Assembly (NCBI GenBank): GCA_043228905.1
Contig: JBHGNT010000010.1
Span: forward strand, 11,966,001 to 12,030,000
Direction of reading: 5' to 3'
Origin: Azolla caroliniana
Taxonomy: Eukaryota > Plantae > Polypodiophyta
DNA length: 64,000 nt
A model generated the notes under the pieces. That model worked only from the letters and a program-made list of their open reading frames with translations, was not told the origin of the DNA and made no database searches. The translations under genes and the position numbers were made by a program. Below are positions 52,423-64,000 of this stretch, one piece after another (position 1 is the first letter of the stretch; every line of letters starts with the position of its first letter).

Positions 52423-54419
52423 AATGGCTCAGAATAATGACCCGATGCCCTCCGCTCAAGCGGAAAGACCTCAAGGAAATCCTCCTGGGACAATGTCCAT
52501 TGAGGCGTATATTTTACAAGTACAACATTTCCTTAGTTCAACCGCGCAGCAGTTGACCGAATTTCGGCAATCTCAAAGTGCTCTCGAGGCACGAGTCATT
52601 AGTCTCCAAAATGAGATTAATAGACCTGATGAGCGTCAGGGTGAACCATCATTTGTCGTAAAGCCATTTACGGGAGATAAAAAGGAAAGAACCGAAGAAG
52701 CAATCTGCACGTGGCTGGGCCGATGGGAGTCTCATTTTGAGCTCTATCCCACGCCAGATAGTACGAAGATTGCATATGTCGGCCGAGAACTAGGGGGTAA
52801 GGCCGCCGCTTGGTGGCGTGGGCTCCGAACTTTGGGGAGATAGCCCAAGACCTGGACAGACTTTGTCACAGTTTTCAAGGGTCAATTTCTACAACCTCCC
52901 TCTCGAACCGAGGCAGCACAAGCTTTAATGAACCTCTCTAGCAGGAAGTTTTCCTCGCTAGAAGACTATGTCCACCATGCTAGAACCCAAATCCAAAAAT
53001 CGGGTCTAGAAGGGGACAATTGGTTAATAGCTTGTTTTGTCAATGGCATCCCCAATTCAGACTATCACTGGATAGTGCACGATAAGGATCCAAAATCCTT
53101 CGAAGAGGCCGTTGAGATAGTTCTTCGCTATCAACGCACTTCGAAGAAGGACCATAACAAACCCAACGAAGCGCCCGGGACTAAGCAGTCGCAATTCGTT
53201 GGGAAACGCAAGACACCCAACGAATTCATGGATCGCGATTATAAGCGACAACATCCTTTTTGCGTATTCTGCAAAAAGAAGGGTCATACAAAAGAGCAAT
53301 GTCGTAAGCTCCAACGAAAAGAGCACGACGCCAAACCTAAAGCTACAGACCATAAAGGTCAGATTCCTAATGTCCTTCAGGTCTATACACATCATTTGAG
53401 TAATTGTCAATGTTCTTTCCCTCATTATGTATTGGGTCCCAATGATTTACTACGTGCAAACGGGTATATCAATGGATCTCCCGTACAATTTTTATTTGAT
53501 TCGGGAAGCTCACACAATTTTGTGAATGATCGTTTGGTACAGATATGGGGAATCCAACCCACCGTAAGTGATCACACCTACACGGTGCACTTGGCTGATG
53601 GAAGAGTACAACACATCAACGGGGCGATTCATTCTTTAGGAATTTCTATTGATACCTATATAGAGGAAGTAGACTTCCATGTAATGAATCTTAGTACCAC
53701 CGATGTAATACTGGGTTATCCCTGGTTTTATAATAAAAGCTCTTCTTTATTTATTGATTGGGTTCGCCATTCCATTTCTTTTGTACTCAACGATTGTACG
53801 CATTTTATTCAATGTGTAACAAAACAATCCCTCTCGATTGTTTCCTCGTGTCCATCAATATCCGAGTTGTCTTGTTCTACGTTATTTTATTGTGTACTTG
53901 ATCCGGACATTCACGTTTACAATATCGATAATGTCTCGGGTCAATTAACATATTTTGAACAAAAACAACTTGATGAAATCGTAAACGATTTTCGTGATGT
54001 TTTTCCTAGTGAACTACCCGATGGTTTACCTCCTAAACGTAATATAGACCATCGTATAGATATTGTACCTGGCATTGCACCCATTAGTATACCTCCGTAT
54101 CGCCTAAGTCGATCTGAAGAGGATGAGGTAGCTAAGCAACTTAAGGACTATTTACGAATGGGTTATATACGTTATAGTAAATCTCCATGGGGTGCACCAG
54201 TTCTCTTGGTTAAAAAGAAAGAGGGCACATGGCGTATGTGTATTAATTACCGACGCTTGAATAAAGTGACGATCAAGAATTCGTACCCATTGCCCCGGGC
54301 TGACGATCTAATTGACCGTCTCCAGGGAGCTCGGTATTTTACGAAACTTGATCTCCGTACTGGCTACCATCAAATACGAATAAGTGAGGACGATGTTCCT
54401 AAAACAGCATTTCGTACGC
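52423..54419 (+). pseudogene. G gag, protease and RT N-terminal half, one in-frame TAG at 52841
   Basis: Same frame across ORFs 52334 and 52928. [63 protein letters not shown]. Confidence 0.9.
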
Positions 54420-54518
54420 TGTCGTAGTGTATTTCGTACACTACGTGAAAAAGTAAAAATAATATAAACGATTTAATTACATATAAATAAATAAAATAAG
54501 AATATCAAAATATTTATC

Positions 54519-54594
54519 ACGTGCATAGGGCAGGATTTGAACCCTGTACCTCCACGTAGCTAAACCTCAACTTTACCATTATGCTACCTTATCT
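54519..54594 (-). promoter_or_regulatory. tRNA-like Pol III type-2 promoter module (A box and B box) in the H LTR; second copy 57279-57354
   Basis: Minus strand TAGCATAATGG (A box) ... CAGGGTTCAAATCCTG (B box within a T-arm stem) at tRNA-like spacing. No clear anticodon arm. Confidence 0.65.
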
Positions 54595-55214
54595 TTAGTG
54601 TTCTACAAATAGATTTAATAACTATAAGTGCTTTATTTGCACCTACCTTTATTAAAAGGTAAATCGTGCATTTTTAGAGTGTGTGAATATTTTTATAGAA
54701 AAAACGCAAGCAACTAAAAAGTGACTCGTGCACATCTAGCGTGCATGAGCACTATATTTAGCAAATAAAAGCAAGGATTAGAAAAGCATCACATGCATAT
54801 TTAGTGTGCATGAACATATTAGAAAAAAAGCATGTAGCTATGCTTAGTCTCTCCCATCACTACATAAGGATGGGGAGCACAATGTAATAGGTGTGTGTGA
54901 AAAATATTTGGGAAATTGGATATATTTCCTAAAACACCAACAATCAATAAAATATACTCGTGGGATTCACGAGTTTAAGATAATCTATCTCTATCAATCT
55001 AAATACATATTTTTACATAAATATTAATCAATAAAATACATTATACTTGTGGGATTCACAAGTTTCTAATAATCTACTCATAATTATAATAGTCTCAAAT
55101 TCTTCCTCCTCCTAGTCCAAAACCCCGGTGGTTCCCACCCGACTCACGCAACGATCCGGAGCCGAAAGGCACGACACAGTTGGTGAACCCGACGTGAAGG
55201 CGGGTGGCAAGGAG

Positions 55215-57227
55215 ATGGAGAATCAACAAGAGGCAATGAGCATAACGATGATGATGATGTTCGAGCGGATGCTACAAGAACAACGAGTGATGTCGGAGAT
55301 CACGGCGGTAGTAAAGCGGCTCGTACAACGAAACGGACAATTCAACGGAAACGATCTGTCACGCTATCTACATGACTACAAGGCGGAGATGATACGATGT
55401 GGGATACCGGAAGGATTGCAAGTGACATCCTTCAATCGGGTGGCCACGGATGAACTACAAGAGAGAATCCACAAGATACAACAACCAAACTCGACATGGG
55501 GGTCATTCGAAGAAGCTTTACGAGAGGCATATGATTACAAGAGATCGAAGGGAAAAGATCGGCGAGAATTCGACGAATGGGTGGCATCGGAGAAGACCCA
55601 CCGAAGTGCAACACAAGCATTCCTAGAGTTCGAGCATCGTTTTGCTCGACTCTCGGAGCGGGAACAACGATTGGTGGGAGAGGATAAAGTCCTAATGTTC
55701 GTAAGATCGATTGATCGGAAAGAAAGGAAGGACATCGGGATTGAACTCGAAGACGATGATGGTGCGAATGGTCTTACTGAGGATTGGGCCAAAGTCGAAA
55801 GGGTATGCCGGAGACATGATGAGAGGAAGATGAGAATCTTGTCAACGACATGGCCGATGAAGGATGGTCGATTGAAGACAAACGATGGAGCCGATATGAA
55901 GGCCGAAATACAACATGATGGTGCGACGGAAGAGGGTGTAAAACAAGCTACCCTCTTGTCTTGCGAAAGAACAACGACAAAGGATAAGGCCGATAACCCA
56001 AGTGTAGAAGAAGATTTCGGAATACAAGTGTCCGAAACATCGGGTGAAAAAGGGGTAAGCATAATTGATGTTTGCATAATTGATGCAGTGAAAGAGAGCA
56101 AGGAGGACTTGATTGAGGAGGTCGCCACGAAACATGACATCGAATCGAAGGTGGCTATGGACGAATCAATGGCGGATGGCCATATCGAGACTTCCCCACC
56201 ACTGATTCCAGAGACTCCGGCGGTTGCGTTCGAAAGGCAACGTGAGACCGAAGAGACGGAAGGTGGCGGAGAGAAAACAAAGGTCGAAGTCGATGCATAC
56301 GACGGAGAGATAGCCGAGAATATGGCTATGGGTGAAACAACGGAGGATGATAATACCGAGGATTCCTACCCACTAATTCTAGAGACTTCGGCGGTTGTGT
56401 CCGAGAACCAACGTGAGACCGGAGAGATGGGAGGTGGCAGCAAGAAAGGTAAAGTCGGAAGCCGGTTTGGATGGAAGGTGATCCGGACGGGATTCCGATC
56501 CGAAAGAAAGCCGAACCGAAAGGAAGAGAATTCCAAACGAAAGCCGAACCGGGCGAATGAGGATTCGGCCGAAAGACGACCCGAAAGAAAGCCGACCCGA
56601 AAAGGGGTCGAATCGGTCAAAACCGATCGACCGAGTCTGACTTGGCCGAACGCGAATATGGATGGAAGCCGACCTAGCCGAAAGCCAATCGGACGAGATC
56701 GATCCGGAAAGAAGCTAATCCGACTCAACCGAAGGTTGGACCGGTCGAGGCAGGTGAAAACGAGGAAAAGAAAGCCAACCGAAACCGAAACCGATAAATC
56801 GAAACCGGGCCGGAAGGAGACCGACTCAATCGAAACTGAACAACCGATTCCGATTCGGCCGAATACGAATCCGATCGGAAGCCGATCAAACCGAAAGTTG
56901 ATCGGACGAGAGCGATCCGGAAAAAAGTCAAGGTTGATGAAGACAAGAAAGAGGCCAGTAAAAGACACTACCACGAATGACAAGGGCCAAGAATATGACG
57001 AGAGAGAACAAAGAATATGGTGGATCGGATGGCGACAATGGTTCGGGTGGAAAGAATGGGTCTACTCAAAATGGAGAGACAAAGTTGACATAGCGGGACA
57101 AACGGAGGATGAAGGGGAGACAACGAGCATCGGCAACTTCGGCACATACCGGAGGATGTGCGGGTTCGGAGGGGGCGAGTGTCGTAGTGTATTTCGTACA
57201 CTACGTGAAAAAGTAAAAATAATATAA
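55215..57227 (+). CDS. H ORF (670 aa): gag-like N-terminus, acidic repeats, basic repeats, Trp-rich C-terminus
   Basis: Uninterrupted frame from an ATG just after the PBS to a stop inside the 3' LTR. No protease, RT or integrase motifs. Confidence 0.7.
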   Translation: MENQQEAMSITMMMMFERMLQEQRVMSEITAVVKRLVQRNGQFNGNDLSRYLHDYKAEMIRCGIPEGLQVTSFNRVATDELQERIHKIQQPNSTWGSFEEALREAYDYKRSKGKDRREFDEWVASEKTHRSATQAFLEFEHRFARLSEREQRLVGEDKVLMFVRSIDRKERKDIGIELEDDDGANGLTEDWAKVERVCRRHDERKMRILSTTWPMKDGRLKTNDGADMKAEIQHDGATEEGVKQATLLSCERTTTKDKADNPSVEEDFGIQVSETSGEKGVSIIDVCIIDAVKESKEDLIEEVATKHDIESKVAMDESMADGHIETSPPLIPETPAVAFERQRETEETEGGGEKTKVEVDAYDGEIAENMAMGETTEDDNTEDSYPLILETSAVVSENQRETGEMGGGSKKGKVGSRFGWKVIRTGFRSERKPNRKEENSKRKPNRANEDSAERRPERKPTRKGVESVKTDRPSLTWPNANMDGSRPSRKPIGRDRSGKKLIRLNRRLDRSRQVKTRKRKPTETETDKSKPGRKETDSIETEQPIPIRPNTNPIGSRSNRKLIGRERSGKKSRLMKTRKRPVKDTTTNDKGQEYDEREQRIWWIGWRQWFGWKEWVYSKWRDKVDIAGQTEDEGETTSIGNFGTYRRMCGFGGGECRSVFRTLREKVKII

Positions 57228-57940
57228 ACGATTTAATTACATATAAATAAATAAAATAAGAATATCAAAATATTTATCACGTGCATAGGGCAAGATTTGA
57301 ACCCTGTACCTCCACGTAGCTAAACCTCAACTTTACCATTATGCTACCTTATCTTTAGTGTTCTACAAATAGATTTAATAACTATAAGTGCTTTATTTGC
57401 ACCTACCTTTATTAAAAGGTAAATCGTGCATTTTTAGAGTGTGTGAATATTTTTATAGAAAAAACGCAAGCAACTAAAAAGTGACTCGTGCACATCTAGC
57501 GTGCATGAGCACTATATTTAGCAAATAAAAGCAAGGATTAGAAAAGCATCACATGCATATTTAGTGTGCATGAACATATTAGAAAAAAAGCATGTAGCTA
57601 TGCTTAGTCTCTCCCATCACTACATAAGGATGGGGAGCACAATGTAATAGGTGTGTGTGAAAAATATTTGGGAAATTGGATATATTTCCTAAAACACCAA
57701 CAATCAATAAAATATACTCGTGGGATTCACGAGTTTAAGATAATCTATCTCTATCAATCTAAATACATATTTTTACATAAATATTAATCAATAAAATACA
57801 TTATACTTGTGGGATTCACAAGTTTCTAATAATCTACTCATAATTATAATAGTCTCAAATTCTTCCTCCTCCTAGTCCAAAACCCCGGTGGTTCCCACCC
57901 GACTCACGCAACGATCCGGAGCCGAAAGGCACGACAACGC

Positions 57941-60377
57941 GCTACGGCCATTATGAGCTTTTGGTTATGCCTTTTGGTTTGACCAATGCTCCGGCTACAT
58001 TTCAACAAGAAATGAATGACATTTTCCGAGAACAACTTGGAAAATTTGTCGTTATCTTCTTAGATGATATTTTAGTTTATAGCCGTACATTACAAGAACA
58101 TGCTAGACATGTCCGCTTTGTTTTACAAATATTACGTGACAAACAATTTTACGCGAAGATCTCAAAATGTGAGTTCTTCAAGAAATCAATTACTTATCTT
58201 GGACATCTCATAACCGAACGAGGAGTTGAAATTGATCCTTCTCGCATCGACAAAATCAAGCTTTGGCCCACTCTTCAGAATATTCGAGAAGTTCGATCAT
58301 TCCTTGGTTTTGTCGGATTTTTGCGAAAATCTCTTCGTAATTACTCACAATTGACGACGCCGTTTACTGATCTTCTAAAAGGTCAAACGCGTAAGTCTAC
58401 AAAACCTATTGTGTGGAATGCTACACTAGACCTCGCCTTTAAGGAACTCAAGGACTTGGTATGCAAGGCTCCTTCACTTCTTTTACCCGATCCTTCAAAA
58501 CCTTTTGAGGTTGAAACCGACGCAAGCGATTATGCTATAGGTGCTGTCTTGTATCAAGATGGTAAACCAATAGCATTCGAGAGTAAGAAACTTGATTCTG
58601 CTCAATGTCGGTATACCGTTCAAGAAAAGGAATTATTTGCGGTTATACATGCGCTCAAAACATGGCGCCATTATCTTTATGGAAATCGCTTTGTGGTAAC
58701 TACGGACCACGAGTCCTTGAAATATTTTTGTGACCAACAAGACCTGAAAGGTCGTAAGGCACGATGGGCTGATCTCATCCAGGACTTTGATTTTTCCATA
58801 CGATATCGTAAAGGTTCCATGAATACTGTCGCTGATGCACTAAGTCGCATCCGTGAAGTTAACATGCTTAGCTTCACTGAAATAACATCAGATCTTTATG
58901 ATCACCTTCGAGGAAAGTATCCTGATGACAATTATTTTGCAAAATACTGGGCAAGAGTCGAGTCTGGAACAGACACCACCACACCCTCGAAGGAATACTT
59001 CCACATTGCTAACGGTCTGCTCTACCGTAATGGGAAGATTTGTGTTCCAGATTTACCTGAGGTCAAAAAGAGAATTCTTTTTGAATGCCATGATGCACCC
59101 TCAGCAGGGCACCCTGGAATACATCGTACACTCGTTCTCATCTCCACTCAATTTTATTGGCCTAAGATGCGTCCTGACATACATAGCTATGTGACTAAAT
59201 GTCACCAATGTCAGGTTAACAAAGCCGAGCGACTTAAAGCCGCAGGACTTTTACATCCCTTGGACATTCCCAATAATAAGTGGGAAAGTATATCCATGGA
59301 TTTTATTGTTAGCCTTCCTCGCACCCAAAAAGGTCATGATGCCATATGGGTTGTGGTTGACAGACTAACTAAAATGGCCAGATTTATTGCTACTAAAACC
59401 ACGGTAACAGCTCCTGAATTGGCTTACCAATTCATTGATGAGTTATTTCGTTTTTACGGGTTACCGATGGATATCGTGAGTGACCGAGATCCGAAGTTTA
59501 CTAGTGACTTCTGGATGCAAGTCTTTAAGAAGTTAGAAACTACGTTGAGCATGAGCTCCACGGATCATCCTCAATCCGATGGACAGACAGAACGAGTAAA
59601 TCAAATTATTGAGGACATGCTTCGAGCATACGTTGGTGCAAAACCAACAAAATGGGAACGTTACCTCCCAATTTTGGAGTTTGCTTATAACAACTCCAAG
59701 CATACGTCGACGGGATATAGTCCTTTTATGTTGATGTATGGATTTCAGCCACGAGCCCCGATTGATGTTAATATACATCATGATGAGTTGCGAAGTACGC
59801 AAAACTTTCTTCGGGATATGCAAGATATGTTGCATATTGCACGGGATAATATAAAAACAGCTCAAGATAGAGCGCGTTTTATGCCGATCATCACAGGCAA
59901 CCTCGTGTATTCAGCCCTGGACAGAAGGTATTTTTACGTGTACCTCACAATTCTAAGACATTGTCTACGGGTAAGTGCGCTAAGTTAGCCCCACGGTTTT
60001 GTGGACCTTTTACAGTCCTCAAACGCATTGGATCATCAGCCTATCGTCTCGCTCTTCCCGATGGTGTTGGAATCCATCCAGTCTTTCATGTAAGTCGTCT
60101 AAAAGAACTTCTAGGTTCTGTCGACAATACAGTTACAACTGAAACTCTGGTTACTTCTGAAGATTTATCTTCTAAACCACATGTACCAGAAAGAATTCTC
60201 GATGTTAAAACAAAAAAATTACGTGCTAAGGAAATCCGAGAATTTAAAATAAAATGGATGGATAAATCAATCAAAGATGCCACATGGGAACACGAAACGA
60301 CTCTAAGAACTAACTTCCCTAACTTTCCATTGCAAGAGTGCAATGTTTTAAAGAGGGGGAGTATGTTACGGGCATGA
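57941..60377 (+). pseudogene. G RT C-terminus, RNase H, integrase and chromodomain (frameshift near 59880)
   Basis: VMPFGLTNAPATFQ, IFLDDILVYS, VETDASDYAIG, SISMDFIVSLP, DHPQSDGQTERVN, KLAPRFCGPF, PERILD..KIKW..DATWE. Confidence 0.92.
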
Positions 60378-61269
60378 CCATATAATATCCCGTGGTGAGA
60401 ATTGTCGTAGTATTCTATACACGTGGATAAGTGTGAGGGTTAAACAAAGAGTCTAAAGAAGGGGAGGATTACTTTTAATCCTCGGGATTGAGACAACCCA
60501 TGAGGCCAAGTGTGAACATGGCTGGGGGCCTTGAGAATTACTATAAATAAGAGGCCTAGCTACCCTCATTTGGGCATGCATTGACTACGTCGAGACTCTG
60601 TCCGTGAGTGGAACGACTCTTGTAGCAAGCGCGCTATCGTCCAGGTACGACTCGACGCCAAGGCGGTGGTATGGGACGCCGATCGAGGCTCGAGTCCGTC
60701 TCGATCCCTTCGCTCGGGGGTGGTCGGGTGGATCGGCACCCTTCTTTCTCTCTTTTCTCTCTATTCTTTCTAGATCTATCATTGATATATCCTTATTTTA
60801 TGCTTACTTTAGTACCTAATCTCTAATACCGTGCATGCCTTTGTGTGGCGGTTCATGTAGAATGCCTAGAAATCCTCCAGACTACGGAAATGCATTGCTC
60901 CTTATGCTTTCTTCTCTCTTATTTTGTTGCTTCGCTCTCTTCTTCGAATCCTTCTTCTTTCGTTGCTTCTTTTTTTCTCCTTTGCGATTAGATCCGTGCC
61001 AAACAAACCAAACACAGACCAACATAACACACTCGTATAGAGATTAGTTCATAGTAAAATTGTGCAGGCAGTCAATTTGCCATTTCCCGCTCTCTCGCAC
61101 ATCACATATTGTTGTTTCCCGCACATTGTTGTCATCATTTGTCACAGACTCGCACATACTGTTGCCATTTCTCGTTCTCTCATGTACTTCCACCTTGTCC
61201 ATTCATCAATTCTTCTCGCACATTGTCATCGCATATCATTTTTCGACTTCTTCTCCAAAGGGGGTTTGC

Positions 61270-61714
61270 TAACAATCGGCAATGGTTCGGTTCGGTTCGG
61301 TTTAAGAGGGTCCAAACCGAACCGTTAAATTTTGAAACCTGAACCAAACCGTTAAACATTTTTTCAAACTATTCAACTGTAAAAACCACGGTTTCGTAGT
61401 TCGGTTTCGGTTTTGAACATAGGTCAAATTTTTAATTTTTAATTTTTTTAAAATTTATAATATTTCATGATTTAAAATTTTTAAAATTTTTATGATGTTC
61501 CTAAAATGTGAGAATAAGGTCTAAAAATGAAAAGATTGTTTAAAACAAATTTTAAATTTTTTTAGAATTTTTAGAATTTTTTTACAATTTTCTTTAAAAA
61601 ATAAAAAAATAAAAAACCGTTAAACCGTTTAAACCATGATTTTGACTATTGAAACCAAACCAAACCATTTAAAAAACCCAAACTTGAACCAAACCAAACC
61701 ATTGCCGATTGTTA
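61270..61714. mobile_element. hAT-like MITE (445 bp)
   Basis: TIRs TAACAATCGGCAATGGTT / AACCATTGCCGATTGTTA, subterminal AACCG/CGGTT repeats, AT-rich core, 8-bp TSD GGGTTTGC/GGGTTCGC. Confidence 0.85.
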
Positions 61715-61742
61715 GGGTTCGCCATTGTGGTCGCCAAATAAT

Positions 61743-62104
61743 TGTTTATGGGTTGGGGGATGGAACCTAGAATGGCTCCACCCCCACTGCCAAAGGGGTT
61801 GAGCATGAGAGGGAGGGAGGGAGAGAGAGAAAGCAGAAAGCTTATTCTTCTTACCCATAGATGCCCCATGTGGGGTAGTATAGTGAGGTTTACATATCAA
61901 GGTGATACATAAGGGTGCATACCATTCACACACACCCTTTCATATCTAACCACATGCACACACATATGCATTTGTTCATACAAATACGCATATACTCACT
62001 CACTCTCACTCTCACTCTCACTCTCGTGCACATTTGCACATACACAACAACAAAACTATAGACTTTCACCATTATCCATCCCCGTACCTCTCGTACGGGT
62101 AACA
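61743..62104 (-). mobile_element. LTR related to element F; left boundary uncertain
   Basis: Shares AGAATGGC..CACC..CCAA.GGGGTT, ATGCCCCAT and the GGTAACA terminus with F. Confidence 0.55.
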
Positions 62105-62119
62105 ATTGAGTATCCGACC

Positions 62120-63800
62120 TTTGCTTCCTAGGGATTAGGAACATGTTCAGCCCCCTAGATTTCAATCTGAAATGAACAAGTCAGCCATGTGGTCAGCGGA
62201 AGAAGTCGCTTTATGGCCTTAAGCAAGCCCCTTGAGCTTGGAACTCAAAGGTTATGCCATGACTAAGTAGGATGGGGTTTCAGCCATCAAAGTCCGTCTC
62301 TTCTTTTGTTCATCCGGCAAGGTTAGAAAGGGTCTAGTGTGCACATTGCTATATGTTGATGACATGGTCATCGCCGACACCAACCTTGACGAAATCGGCA
62401 ATGTCAAGTCTCAATTGTCGACAACCTTTGAAATGAAGGATCTAGAGGAACTTCATTACTTCCTCGAGATCGAAGTGATCTACACCCCGAATGACATACT
62501 AATCAACCAAAGACATTATGTCCTGAATATGTTGTTTAAATTCGACATGGCGGGCCGTTGATCCATCTCAACTCCTCTAGACAAAAGTGTCAAGCTTCGC
62601 CACGATTCAGCGCCGACTTGCGACGCGACACGGTTCCGACTGATAGTTGAAAGTCTTATCTACCTGACGATCACCCGACCCGACCTCAGCTATCCGGTCG
62701 GTGTGATAAGTCAATTTATGTCCAAGCCGATGGTCAATCACCTTCGGTGCGTGTATCGGATACTAAGGGATGTTAGTGGCATGAAGGACAATGGTTTGTT
62801 GTATCGGATCGGTGTAGCTGAACAATTAGTCGGCTACACGGATATCGATTGGGCTGAAAATGTTGGTGATCGCTGATATGGTTTCTCCTTGGGGAGTGTG
62901 GCGATCACATGGTGCAGCAAGAAGAAACCGATAGTTGTTGAGCACGGAGGTCAAATATCGAGGAACGGTTGTCGCAACGTCCAAAGCCATATGACTCAAG
63001 CGGCTATTGAAGGATCTCTGCAGGTGGAGGTTGCCGATCCGACAACGATATTTTGTGACAACCTCAACAACATCCAGGTCATGAAGAACATTGTCTTCCA
63101 AGCTTGGACCAAATACATTGAAGTTCACTATCACTTCGTGCGTGAGCGCATTCTCAACGGTGAAGTTGAACTGAAATACGTTCCGACTGATTGGTTGGTG
63201 GCCAATTTCTTCACCAGACCTCTTGGATTCAACAAGTTGCGACAATTCTCGAGCATGCTTGGGTTACAACACCTCGACGTGCCGAACTTGAGGGGGAGAG
63301 TCGAGGGGGGAGGAGACAACTAAAAGAGTTGAGAGAATGGAAGGGAGCAAATCGTCTAGGGGGAGCAACAAAATAGACGAACTTGAGCCAACCTAAGACA
63401 AAGGAAGAGTCGATGGAGAAGATGAATTAGAGGCAACCGATTTGGACGAGTCAAATCATGTAAGCGCCGAACAAGGGAGAGGGCAGCCAAAGCAGATGGA
63501 TCGAAGGGCGCCAAAGCCCGAAGAGGTGAGAAGAAGGCCGATGAGGGCGGGACAAGCTGACTGAATGGGTCGAAGAGCATGGGACCAGACGGGGTCGTGG
63601 AGTGTGGGCCAAAAGGCAAGTAGCCAAGAGAAGCCGGAGCAGAGGACCGGTTGGAGCTATAATGATGACCTCAAGTTGAGCTTGAGTGACAAGCTCAACA
63701 TGGGCTGAATCGGCTAAAGGCCGAAAGGTCGAGTCGGTTGAAGAAACCAATAGCTGAATCGGCGAGGAGGATCGGCTGAAGAATCCGAGAGGCCGTTAAG
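62120..63800 (+). mobile_element. Degenerate 3' half of an A/C-family Copia: RT, RNase H, 3' UTR, partial LTR; PPT deleted
   Basis: LLYVDDMVI, AITWCSKK, TKYIEVHYHFVRE. ACCTCAAGTTGAGCTTGAGTGACAAGCTCAAC matches the pre-PPT/LTR junction of A with the PPT removed. Confidence 0.8.
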
Positions 63801-63929
63801 GTTGTATGATTTAGGTGTGCAAATAGACACGAGCATGCATGTACATATGTATGCGATACATACATACATACATGACATGTATGTATTGTATGTATGCGAT
63901 GTGGATGATGATGGTATGTACATACATAC

Positions 63930-63967
63930 ATAGTAGAAACGGAATACGAAGAGCCTGGAAAATCCAT
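63930..63967 (-). CDS. Possible first coding exon of an unidentified minus-strand gene
   Basis: GCCGCCATGG start context, CAA-rich leader, MDFPGSSYSVST, then a GTATGT donor followed by (TATG)-rich sequence like the SNX1 leader intron. Confidence 0.3.
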
Positions 63968-64000
63968 GGCGGCTGCAGCAGTTGTTGTTGTTGGATGAAT

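Larger units (their letters stand above)
54420..57936 (+). mobile_element. Very young non-autonomous gag-only (TR-GAG-like) LTR element H
   Basis: LTRs 54420-55176 and 57180-57936 (757 bp, 1 difference). 4-bp TSD ACGC; removal restores RT FRTRYGHYE. PBS TGGTGAACCCGACGTGAA (complement of the plant tRNA-Trp 3' end) at 55181. PPT GGAGGGGGCGAG. Confidence 0.95.
50260..60828 (+). mobile_element. Full-length young chromovirus G, interrupted by H
   Basis: LTRs 50260-50724 and 60364-60828 (465 bp, 4 differences seen), TSD CCGTG at 50255-50259 and 60829-60833, PBS TGGTATCAGAGCC at 50727, PPT AAGAGGGGGAG at 60351. Confidence 0.95.

Noticed and set aside
52841-52843. Programmed stop-codon readthrough in G
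   Set aside because: The TAG falls in mid-capsid rather than at the gag/pol boundary, so it is more likely a point mutation.
54519-54594. Functional tRNA gene
   Set aside because: No convincing anticodon or D stem and an imperfect acceptor stem; only the promoter boxes and T-arm are clear.

Overview
Eukaryotic plant nuclear DNA, most likely a non-seed plant such as a fern or lycophyte (inferred from the fungal-like Tcn1-type chromovirus and the Trp-primed Gypsy lineage). It holds one intact host gene, an 11-exon sorting nexin 1 (SNX1, 24691-30624, +, 407 aa), between two dense nests of LTR retrotransposons. Several insertions resolve by eye with exact target-site duplications (TSDs): Copia A 6844-23713 with nested B, C, E, F and an LTR+PBS stub; Copia I 32761-37953; chromovirus J with solo LTR K; chromovirus G 50260-60828 with a very young gag-only element H inside its RT. 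There is also a Ulp1-protease pseudogene, a hAT MITE and possibly the first exon of a minus-strand gene at the right edge. Most notable: antisense tRNA-like Pol III A/B-box modules in the U3 of four LTRs from two Gypsy lineages; perfect heat-shock elements in the chromovirus-type LTRs; a pol-less element with a 670-aa gag/acidic/basic/Trp-rich ORF that shares cis signals with a Trp-primed autonomous family; a five-unit hairpin-plus-spacer array in a chromovirus leader; and a solo LTR flanked by a 54-bp duplication. All alignments were made by eye and no database searches were run.
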